Below, in pieces: positions 45,721-55,300 of a DNA stretch of 62,095 nucleotides. Origin of the DNA: a virus (taxonomy: Duplodnaviria > Caudoviricetes); the IMG/VR virus record IMGVR_UViG_3300005747_000076, positions 1 through 62,095 of that record; one strand, given 5' to 3'. The notes beneath the pieces were generated by a model, which searched no databases, was not told where the DNA came from, and saw only the letters and a program-made list of their open reading frames with translations. Both the position numbers and the translations under genes were made by a program. The first letter of the stretch is position 1. Every line of letters begins with the position of its first letter.

Positions 45721-48306
45721 TTAATCCTCCAAGTCTCTTAAAATCTTTTCTGCCCATGCTCTACCTGAGTTCCCGCCCCACAAAAGCCAGCTTACAAATC
45801 CGTTATCTTCATACCATTCTTTACCTTCAGCAATTTCTTTATTTTTTTCATGCCTATCAAAGAAAGCTTTCATTCTTTTAACTGTTTCTAAAGATAAATT
45901 ATCTCTATTAGCTAATTGTCTTGCTCTAACTCTTCCTACTTGAGTTCCTGCTTTACTGTTGTGTTCCTCTATAGCAAGAATACCTCTTTTAGCTTCATCA
46001 GCAACTGACTGAGGAGGACGAAATGTTTCTGCTTTTGCTAGATCTTCAAATGTATCATTAAACTTCTCAGCAACATTAGAAGCAGCTTCAATAACTCTTA
46101 TATGACTTCTAGCATCTTCTTCATTTAAATGGCAAAATTCTCTAACATCACCATCTTCAGTAATCATTTCTAAAACGACGCCGCCTTTTTCACCGTCGCT
46201 TCTAACACATTCCCTATTAGTTATGTTAAATTTTTTATCCATATTCTCAACAAATATTTGTTTTGTTTCAATATTGTTTAAAGATTTTTTACTTTCTAAA
46301 TGTTCTTCCCATAAATCTTTATCTGCTGTTCTTTGTGTTTTACCACCTGTTAAGAAAGAATAGCAGCGAGCTTTTGCCCATTGAGGTGCAGTAGCGCCAG
46401 GCCTATGTGAACTTGCCCATGCTGCTAATCCTCTATCATATACTTGTTCAATGATTTTCTTAGAAACACCTGAAACTTTAGATGCTGCTCTAATGAATTC
46501 ATCTTTCCCAGGCTTTTTCATTTCTTCTCTAACAGCTTCAGCAAGTTCTGTTTTTGTGTATTTAGAAGGTTTTGTTTGTACGTTTTCATCACCAGGTAAA
46601 GGTTTATATACTGGTTTATCTAATTCTTTGCGTCTTTCCTTCTCTTTTTCGCGTTCTGCTTTTTCTTTTGCTGTTAATTTAGTTCTTTTCTCATCTTTTT
46701 TTTTTGATTTATCTAAATCTGCATCAAATTCATCTATAGTTTTATTACTTTCTTGTGTTTTTTCACCTTCTAGCTCTAATTCTTTTTCATGTTGTTCATC
46801 TAATGCAGCGTCTAATTCATCTTTTCCATCTACGTCGCCATATTCTTCAGCAACTTTAAGGCCTTCTTCTCTAATAACAGCAGCTTTTAATGTTCCATAG
46901 TAAGCAGCAATTATATCACCATCATCTAATTCAGGCAAATCATGAATTACACGTATCTCATTCAAAGTCATGTATTTCATTTTATGTTCTTCTAACTTTA
47001 ATTTATCTAAAGCTGAAACACTATCTAAACCTGTAAATATTAATTTATATCTGTCGTCAATTTGGTCAATAATATATCTATTAATCCAAGATTGCAATGA
47101 TCTTACTAAAGGACGTAAACCTTTTTCTTTCCCCATTAAAACTCTAGCAGATGGGTCTGTGCCAAATAAAGAAGATGATTGACTTTCAGTTCCAAAAACA
47201 AATCCTATTTCTGCAGGATCTATTTGGTAAACTGAACATGTAACTTTAATTAAATAATTCATCCAAGTATTATATTCCATTTCCCTATTACTAGGTTGTA
47301 AATTAATACTAGAAATATCTTCTTTCTCGTCTGGGTCTAACTGAATAAGAGGAGTTCTTTTAGCATTACCAACTCCATTTAACATTTGATAAAATTCACG
47401 CCTGAAAGAACGGAATAATTTAGGGTTCATTTTACTTTTAATAGCAATAATACCGTTTGCGTTTATTCCATTTGTAAAGTTTGCAGCGTTATATGTTTCT
47501 GCATTAAATAAATTATTTAGAACTCCATATAACTCATATAATTCGCTATATCCATAACCTTTTGACCTAATATCACTTCTAGGTCTTCTAACGCCAAAAC
47601 ATAATTCATCCTGTTTATATTCAGCAACAATTTTATTATTAATTATTTGTATATAACGCACACCGTCAGGGTCTCTCCTACCTTTAGAAATTTCTTCTTT
47701 AGTTAAAGGAGCTTTTTTAATTGTTGTTGCGTCTACAGGCATAAAACCTGTAATTTGCCCTTTTCTATTTTTAATAACCTCAAAACAAGCTTGATCATAA
47801 ATCAAACTATCTCTTATAACCTGTCTAATAAAACTTTCAAATGTTAATTCATAATCTGTTATATTAGTTCCGCATTGTTGAAGAAACTTATTGATTGCTA
47901 AAATGTTTTCACGGTCGTCATCTGTTAGTTCTTCGCGTTCATCTTTTAATACTATTCTATAACCTAAATCTTCATCTGCTGAATATTGTGCAAATTCTGC
48001 ACATTGATTTATACGACTTCCTATAATTGAACTGATAATATGGTGCCTTGACATATTATACAAAGCTTGGCTAGTAAGCCTATCAGTTTGACTTTCTTCA
48101 AAATAATATTTTTTCCCACTACCTTCATAACTTTGCATCATATGTGCATTGCTGTGATCAAATGGGTCAACATTGTGATATTTAGCTTCTTTTGCTATAA
48201 GATCAACAATATGCTCTTGCTGGACGTCATCTAAAGGTTCAACACTTTTTGCAAGTGTATTTTCCTCTTGCTTTTTATTAGGTAAAAATACGTCATACCA
48301 CGCCAT
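45721..48306 (-). CDS. Portal protein with large multi-domain C-terminal extension
   Basis: RDSLIYDQ, PVDATTI, GYGYSELY, YQIDPAEIGF, KGLRPL, MTLNEIR, then about 380 extra residues. Confidence 0.93.
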   Translation of the reverse strand: MAWYDVFLPNKKQEENTLAKSVEPLDDVQQEHIVDLIAKEAKYHNVDPFDHSNAHMMQSYEGSGKKYYFEESQTDRLTSQALYNMSRHHIISSIIGSRINQCAEFAQYSADEDLGYRIVLKDEREELTDDDRENILAINKFLQQCGTNITDYELTFESFIRQVIRDSLIYDQACFEVIKNRKGQITGFMPVDATTIKKAPLTKEEISKGRRDPDGVRYIQIINNKIVAEYKQDELCFGVRRPRSDIRSKGYGYSELYELYGVLNNLFNAETYNAANFTNGINANGIIAIKSKMNPKLFRSFRREFYQMLNGVGNAKRTPLIQLDPDEKEDISSINLQPSNREMEYNTWMNYLIKVTCSVYQIDPAEIGFVFGTESQSSSLFGTDPSARVLMGKEKGLRPLVRSLQSWINRYIIDQIDDRYKLIFTGLDSVSALDKLKLEEHKMKYMTLNEIRVIHDLPELDDGDIIAAYYGTLKAAVIREEGLKVAEEYGDVDGKDELDAALDEQHEKELELEGEKTQESNKTIDEFDADLDKSKKKDEKRTKLTAKEKAEREKEKERRKELDKPVYKPLPGDENVQTKPSKYTKTELAEAVREEMKKPGKDEFIRAASKVSGVSKKIIEQVYDRGLAAWASSHRPGATAPQWAKARCYSFLTGGKTQRTADKDLWEEHLESKKSLNNIETKQIFVENMDKKFNITNRECVRSDGEKGGVVLEMITEDGDVREFCHLNEEDARSHIRVIEAASNVAEKFNDTFEDLAKAETFRPPQSVADEAKRGILAIEEHNSKAGTQVGRVRARQLANRDNLSLETVKRMKAFFDRHEKNKEIAEGKEWYEDNGFVSWLLWGGNSGRAWAEKILRDLED

Positions 48307-48309
48307 TAT

Positions 48310-48501
48310 TTACTCCTGATCGTTTAATTCTAATTTTTTTAAGTAGTCCAGATTATTAATAATATTATCAAGTTTTAAGTCAATGTTTTTTAAAAGATAA
48401 TCAATATCTGCAAACTCAACTTTTAAAGCTGCGCCAATATCTTTAATTTCTTCTGTTTCTTTTTTTACAAGTTCTGTAGTAATATTATAAGATTTTTTCA
48501 T
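48310..48501 (-). CDS. Hypothetical protein
   Basis: GGGAG RBS; directly before the portal. Confidence 0.7.
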   Translation of the reverse strand: MKKSYNITTELVKKETEEIKDIGAALKVEFADIDYLLKNIDLKLDNIINNLDYLKKLELNDQE

Positions 48502-48565
48502 TATTTATCTCCCTGTCTATATAATAAATATGCGCTAAGAAAGAAAAAATAAAAATCTTATAACA

Positions 48566-48820
48566 TTATTTTTCCATAAGGTGTGTAATATTAGTATCAA
48601 CACGTGAAAGAGTTAAATTAATAACATTCATATCACCTTTAATTTCACTAATTTCAACCTTAAGGTCTCTAATATCTTGTTTATGTTCTTTTAACTGTTC
48701 TACTTCAGTCTCAAGTTTTTGGATTTGTTTGGCAGTATCTTTGCTATCTTTATGCCATGTGTAAAACATACCAACTAAACCTAGCACTGAACCCATACTG
48801 ATAATTAAACTGTTTTCCAT
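48566..48820 (-). CDS. Single-TM coiled-coil protein (XhlA/holin-like)
   Basis: N-terminal hydrophobic helix plus heptads. Confidence 0.65.
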   Translation of the reverse strand: MENSLIISMGSVLGLVGMFYTWHKDSKDTAKQIQKLETEVEQLKEHKQDIRDLKVEISEIKGDMNVINLTLSRVDTNITHLMEK

Positions 48821-49022
48821 TGGTAGTTTACTCTTTCTAAGTTATGTTTTATAAAAGTTTATGGGCTCCGCCTCCCATACTCCCCTAAAGGGGCCACACC
48901 ATTAAAAATGGGGTATCTCATTTAACTTCTGTTTAACTTTTATTTTTAATCAATGGATTTTTATAGAAACTCTTTTTAAATTTATCTGGAGTTAATCTGG
49001 TAATCCACTAATTAAATATAAC

Positions 49023-52000
49023 TTAGAAACCAGTTATTGCTACGCGCTTCCATGTATTAGATGCTGTGCAAATATATAGGAAGCCACTATCAAAGCGAAG
49101 ATCACCTGCAGTTCCTGTGTCAGTGCCTGAAAGAGGAGCTGAACCACCCATTCTCATCGCACCAATCAAGTTGCCGTTAGCTTCAACTGTTCCTGCCTCA
49201 ATATCCGCAAAAGCAAATCCTGCATCGCCTGTATCAACAGTAGTTGTAGGCTCCGAAGTAGCAGTAAATGCTTTGAATTTGTCGTCGGTCTCATCAAATG
49301 CAAATCCGCAGAAGCTAGAAGTATTGCGTTGTGAATAGAAACCATGATCAACTGCAGATGTATTATTAACACCAAGCTCGATAAGTGTATCGGAAAGTGA
49401 TAAGTTAGCACCTGATGAAATGATTTGGCCTGAAATTACTGCGCTTCCAAGAATAGAAGCACCGCCAGTAATAGTAAGATTACCACCAGCTTCAAGGTTG
49501 TTTGTAACAGAAACGTTAGAAGGAAGACCTACAGTATAAGTTCCACCGCTTTGTGCAACTTCACATTCATTCGCTGTTCCTTGAATTGTAAGAGTTCCGC
49601 CAAGAGCAACATCACTTGAAGTAGTGCCATCAGTAAATGATAGGTGATCATTCAAAATCATGCTGTTTTCTACTGCATCAGGTGCAATAGTAATAGCAAT
49701 GTTTGTGTCCCCTGTTCCATCAAATGAAGCACTACCTGCAGCATCACCACTAATTTGGATATTTCGTGCTGTTTCCAAAGCTGTTGCAGTTGCAGCATTA
49801 CCAGTTGTATCACTATCAATAATTGCCTCAAGTGCAACAGTAAGTTGATTAGCAGCTGCTGAGTATGAAATATCAATATCTTGGCCACTTACAAAATCAA
49901 CGTCGGAGCCAAGAGTAATATTTTCTTGTGCAACTCCATCAACCTTAAGTCCCCAATGGTCGTTAGCAAGTTTGGTATTTTGAATACTTCCAGTTTGAAT
50001 AACTGGAGATAACTGCACGTTCCCGGTGCCATCAAAACTAACTGATCCAGCAACAATTTCAGTTGAAGCCATATTAAAGTTTCTAGAAGTTTCTAGAGCA
50101 GTAGCAGTAGAAGCATTACCTGAAACATCAGCAGTAATTGTAGAAGGAAGGCCAATAGTGAAATCATTATTTAATGAAGACCAAACAACTTCAACTTCAT
50201 TGCTTGTTCCCTTAATTTCAAATTCACCACCAAGTGAAATAGCTTCAGAAGTAACACCATCACCAACTGAAATTGTGCTATTAGTAAGTTTACTGTTAGC
50301 AACGCTTCCTGCTTGGATAGAAGGAACTAATACTACGTTTCCTGTTGCATCATAAGAAACTGCAGAAGCAACGATTTCACTAGAAGAAATACTAAAGTCT
50401 CTTGCTGTTTCCTGAGCAGTAGCTGTAGCAGCGTTTCCTGTAGTATCTGCAGTAAGAATTGAAGGAAGATTATAGGTAATCTCATTATCAACAGCTGAAT
50501 AACTTAGAGTTAAATCACCACCCTTAGCAAATTTAAGTGTTGAACCGAGAGGACGATCATAATCTACAGAGTCTACCTGAATTACTAATTTATCATTTGC
50601 CAACATGTCGTTTGTAATTTGATCATCAGCAATAGATGTTGTAAGACTAACGTTCCCCGTTCCATCAAATGAAACTGCAGCTGCTTGAACTGGACCTGAA
50701 CCAATGCTAAAGTTGCGTGCTGTTTGTAGTGCAGTTGCTGAAGAAGCATTGCCAGTTAATTCAGCAGCAATAGTATCAGGTAAGCCAATAGTAAATGTGC
50801 CAGCTGAATAACCAACTTCTACTTCGCTACTTGTTCCTTGAATTACAACGTCGCCACCTAGTGCAATATCACTAGAAGTAATTCCATTGCCAAATCCAAT
50901 ATCACTATTAGTAAGTTTAGAATTAGCAACGCTGCCTGATTTCAATGAAGGTGCAAGCTGAACGTTTCCAGTTGCGTCATAAGATACTGCAGCAGCACTC
51001 ATCTCTGTTGAGTCAATGCTAAAGTCTCTAGCAGTTTCTTGTGCAGTAGATGTAGCTGCATTGCCGCTAGTATTTACGTTAATTGTTGAAGGAAGGCTGA
51101 AAGTAAGATCATTATCAACTGCGCTGTAAGAAACAGAAACTTGTGAAGCAGTTCCGTTAAAGTCTAGTTTTTCACCTAATTGGACTCTTTCTTGTGAAAC
51201 ACCATCAACAAAAATATCTAGTCCATTATTTACCATCATTGAGTTTTCAACAGAAGCTGCTTGAATTGTAGAAACGATGTTAGCATTTCCTGTTCCGTCA
51301 AATGAAACAGAGCCTGCAACGTCGCCGCTCAAAGAAAGAGTGCGAGAAGTTTCTAATGCAGTTGCTGTTGAAGCGTTTCCTGTAAGTGCACCAACAAAGC
51401 TTGTAGCAGAAACAGAAGAGAGTCCTGAAACGTCTGTTGCGAGTGATGCTGTGAAAACACCGTCAGTATAACCTATTTCAATTTCATCGTCGGTGCCATT
51501 AATTTGTAGAGATTGGCCAAGTTGGCGCTCTGTAGAAGTAACACCATCACCAAATGTAATACCTGGGTTAATCATCATTGAGTTAGCAACTGAAGAAGGT
51601 TGGATTGTTAAATCAACAGCACTTACATCAGCTGATCCGTCAATTGAAAAACTACCTTCAACATCACCACCTGTAAAACTAACAGTGCGTGCAGTTTGGA
51701 AAGCTGAAGCTGTATCAGCATTACCTGTCATATCACCAGTAATATCACCTTCAATATTAGCAACAATAACTGCTTTGTTTCCTGCAGAAAGTGTAGGAAC
51801 TGTAGAAGTAGGCTCTGTTGCTAAATCTTTAAATAGATAAAACTTCCCATCATCAGCATCACGGAAAAGCCCGTGGTATTTGTCGCTTCCATCATTTGAT
51901 AAACCATAAAAACCGATGTCAATTGCATCGCTGCTGTTATCTTTAGCAAGTTTAATGAGTGGATCAGTTGCTTCTACTGTTGAAACTGAAAGTGCTGTTT

Positions 52001-52154
52001 GAGTTCCAGTAACTGTTAAATTACCTTGAATTTCAACATTACTTGAGAATGTTCCTGTCTCGGCTTGAATATCTCCAATGTGAGCTGTGCCCCATTTCTT
52101 GGAAGAAGAGCCAAGATCATGGCCTTTATTTGTATTTGGTCTTAATGCAGACAT
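49023..52154 (-). CDS. Repeat-built virion fibre protein
   Basis: Seven ~105-aa GNA..A.A..TAR repeats; C-terminal GTAGDLRFDSGFLYICTASNTWKRVAI fibre motif. Confidence 0.85.
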   Translation of the reverse strand: MSALRPNTNKGHDLGSSSKKWGTAHIGDIQAETGTFSSNVEIQGNLTVTGTQTALSVSTVEATDPLIKLAKDNSSDAIDIGFYGLSNDGSDKYHGLFRDADDGKFYLFKDLATEPTSTVPTLSAGNKAVIVANIEGDITGDMTGNADTASAFQTARTVSFTGGDVEGSFSIDGSADVSAVDLTIQPSSVANSMMINPGITFGDGVTSTERQLGQSLQINGTDDEIEIGYTDGVFTASLATDVSGLSSVSATSFVGALTGNASTATALETSRTLSLSGDVAGSVSFDGTGNANIVSTIQAASVENSMMVNNGLDIFVDGVSQERVQLGEKLDFNGTASQVSVSYSAVDNDLTFSLPSTINVNTSGNAATSTAQETARDFSIDSTEMSAAAVSYDATGNVQLAPSLKSGSVANSKLTNSDIGFGNGITSSDIALGGDVVIQGTSSEVEVGYSAGTFTIGLPDTIAAELTGNASSATALQTARNFSIGSGPVQAAAVSFDGTGNVSLTTSIADDQITNDMLANDKLVIQVDSVDYDRPLGSTLKFAKGGDLTLSYSAVDNEITYNLPSILTADTTGNAATATAQETARDFSISSSEIVASAVSYDATGNVVLVPSIQAGSVANSKLTNSTISVGDGVTSEAISLGGEFEIKGTSNEVEVVWSSLNNDFTIGLPSTITADVSGNASTATALETSRNFNMASTEIVAGSVSFDGTGNVQLSPVIQTGSIQNTKLANDHWGLKVDGVAQENITLGSDVDFVSGQDIDISYSAAANQLTVALEAIIDSDTTGNAATATALETARNIQISGDAAGSASFDGTGDTNIAITIAPDAVENSMILNDHLSFTDGTTSSDVALGGTLTIQGTANECEVAQSGGTYTVGLPSNVSVTNNLEAGGNLTITGGASILGSAVISGQIISSGANLSLSDTLIELGVNNTSAVDHGFYSQRNTSSFCGFAFDETDDKFKAFTATSEPTTTVDTGDAGFAFADIEAGTVEANGNLIGAMRMGGSAPLSGTDTGTAGDLRFDSGFLYICTASNTWKRVAITGF

Positions 52155-52351
52155 ATTTTTTACCTTTCATTGTGCAATCTATGTGCGATTTTAATTGTTT
52201 TGATTAAATCTATTTAGACGCATACTATAAAATCTTAGTATAATTTATTTTATTGAATATTTTGATGTCGTAAAGGAGAACATTAAAGTCCTCCTCTTAT
52301 TATATATTCACCAATATTTCTTTTTTCAAAGAATTGATGAAATATTTTTAA

Positions 52352-55300
52352 TTATGGGATTGGATAACCTGCATATTTTCCTGTAAATTCAACATTTCCA
52401 TCACCAATAACTGCGAAGTTTTTATCTCCATTAACAGGAGCTTTTTCTCCGTAAAATACTAGGTCTGAAACGTTAGTAGTAACAAGATCATTGAAGTTTA
52501 TTTCCCAAGGTCCAAGGTGTGCCTTAAACATAAGAAGTGAGCCATCCATCTCAACAGCGTCTGCAGAATTATCATCCCAGAATATTCCTCCTCCACGTGT
52601 TTCAATAGCATCAAGTCTAAGTTCAGCAGCATCCATATCAGTTTGATCTGCTTTAAGAGCAACTGCATCAGCATTAACTTTTGCTTGTGTATCAAGAGCA
52701 GAAATCTCACCAACAATTGATGTTGCACTGTCTAGATAATTTGTTCCGCTACGTGCAACATGTGAGCCATCAGTAGCTAATCCTACACCAGTTTGAGTAT
52801 CATCTAACTCACTTTGTAGGTTAGCAATATCGCTTCCTCCAAGGCCAGTAATATCATCAGCATTTGATTTAACTTGTGCATCGAGTGCTTCAATAGCAGC
52901 TTTGAGGCTTCCTGAAATATAGTTTGTTGAACTATAAGCAGTTTTTGTTCCGTCAGTGCTTAGGCCTGCAGAAGCCTTGATATTGAGTTGGATTTGATTA
53001 AGAAGATTTTGATTTGTATCAAGAGTTTCCAAAGCGCCAACAATAGATGATGAACTATCAAGGAAGTTTGTTCCAGAAATACTTAGACTTCCATCTGTTT
53101 GTAATCCAACGCTTGCCTCAACAGTATCAATCTTTCCACTTAATGTATTATCAGCAGAAATTCTAGAAGCTGCTTCTGTATCTATATTATCTTGTCTTGT
53201 TTTAACTGCTGCATCCAATAATTCCATGCCAGCTTTAAGTGAAGAAGCAGAGTTAAGATAATTTTGACCTGTGAATGAAACGAATGTTCCATCAGCTGCT
53301 AATCCTACTGCAGTTTCAATAGCATCAACCTCAGTTTGAAGTGCAGAAACACTTGCCGATGAAGCCTTAGTTCCTATCGCGTCTTCATTTAATTTAATCT
53401 GCGCGTCCAACAGAGTGGTTTCTCCAATAACGTTTGTCGCACTGTCCATATAATTACTTCCGCTTCGAGTAATATATGCACCGCTTGCTGATAAACCAAT
53501 TGAAGTTTCATGAGTATCTGCCAATGTTTGTAAACTAGAAATTGCAGATGAATTTGTTGCAATATCATCATCATTAGTTTTAACTTGGCTATCCAATGCA
53601 CCAAGATCTGCCTTGAGGCTACCTTGACCTAGATAATTGTGATCTGCTGGTGAGGTATAACTACCGTTTGCCGCCAAACCAATACTTGCCTGAGATACAT
53701 CTAATTCACTTTGTAAAGCTGAAACTGTAGCTGAAGAAGCTTTAGTAGCAATTGCCGAAGCGTTAGTAGCTATATCTGTCGCATTATCCAATATTCCATC
53801 AGTATTAACTTTAATTTGTGCGTCTAATTTATTATCTGCATCTTTTAAAGAAGTTGCTGCTGAAATATAATTGGCACCTGTATTAGCGCTATAACTTCCA
53901 TCACTTCCAAGTCCTGCTCCGCTTTGTGTAGTATTGACTTCACTCTGTAGAGTTGCAATATCTGTTTCTACATCTAAAATAGCAGAAGCTCGGTTTGTAG
54001 CTTCGGTAGTAATGGCATCTGCATTTGTTTTAGCTTGACTATCCAATAATCCTAATGCATTTCTAACAGATGTTGAAGAAGCTAAGTAATTAGAAGAAGC
54101 AGGAGCCTGATATGCACCATTAATAGTTAATCCAACTGAAGTTTCAATAGCATCTACTTCACTTTGCAATGATGTAAGAGCTGCTTCATCGGAAGTTAAA
54201 CGACTATCAAGTGAAGCAATATCGCTATCATTAGAAGCTATAGCATCTGCATTGTTCTTTACTTGTGTATCTAACTGGCTAACAGCGCCTTTTAATGTTG
54301 AAGCAGTTGCATAGTTGCCAGTAAGAGGTGTATAACTACCATCTGTATTTAATCCTACACCGCTTTCAATTCCATCAATTTCAGCCTGCATTGCAGTAAT
54401 AGTTGCTGAAGATGCGAGAGAAGCTACATCACTTTGTAGTGTAGCAATGTCGCTATCATTTGAAGCTATTGCATCAGCGTTAGATTTAGCTTGTGCATCA
54501 AGTAATGTAATTTCACCACGTATACTAGTTGCAGCGTCCAAATAATTTGATCCACTTCTTCCTTGGTAAGCGCCTGTTGCACTAAGACCAATAGAAGTTT
54601 CATGTAAATCAACAACTGCTTCGAGTGATGTAAGATCTGCCGCATCTGCTTTAGATGTATTTAGACCTGAAACATCGCTTTGCAATGTAGATACATCACC
54701 CTGTAATGAAGTAATATCACTAGCATTACCTGAAATATTGCTTGTATTTGTAGCAATGTTTGATGTATTAGTATTAACAGTAGTTGTTAATGAAGAAACA
54801 TCAGAAGCACTTGCCTTAAGTGCAATATTATCCGCATTGCTTTTAATTTGCGTATCAAGTAAACTATCTGCTGCTTTTAATGATGTAGCAGATGATAAAT
54901 AATTACTAACTCCAGGAGCAACATAAGCACCAGTATTAGAAAGTCCAGCGCCAGCCTGTGTTGTATCAACTTCACCTTGTAATGCTTGAATTTCTGCAGA
55001 AGTTGCACCACTGCCAGCTGTTAAAGTAGCTACAGTAGCTTCAAGGTTTGTAATATCATCTTCATTAATCTTAGTTTGTGCATCAACTAAAGATAAAGCT
55101 TCTTTTGTAGTTGTAGCACTATCCATATAATTGCTGCCACTATGTGCAGAATATGTGCCGTTTGCATTTAGACCAACAGCTGCTTGTGAAGCATCAAGCT
55201 CCGCTTGCAATGCTGTAACTGTTGAACTATCAGCTTTTCCACTTACTGAAGTTTGTAAAGAAGAAATAGATAATTCAGCAGTGTCTAGGTCGCTTTGTGT

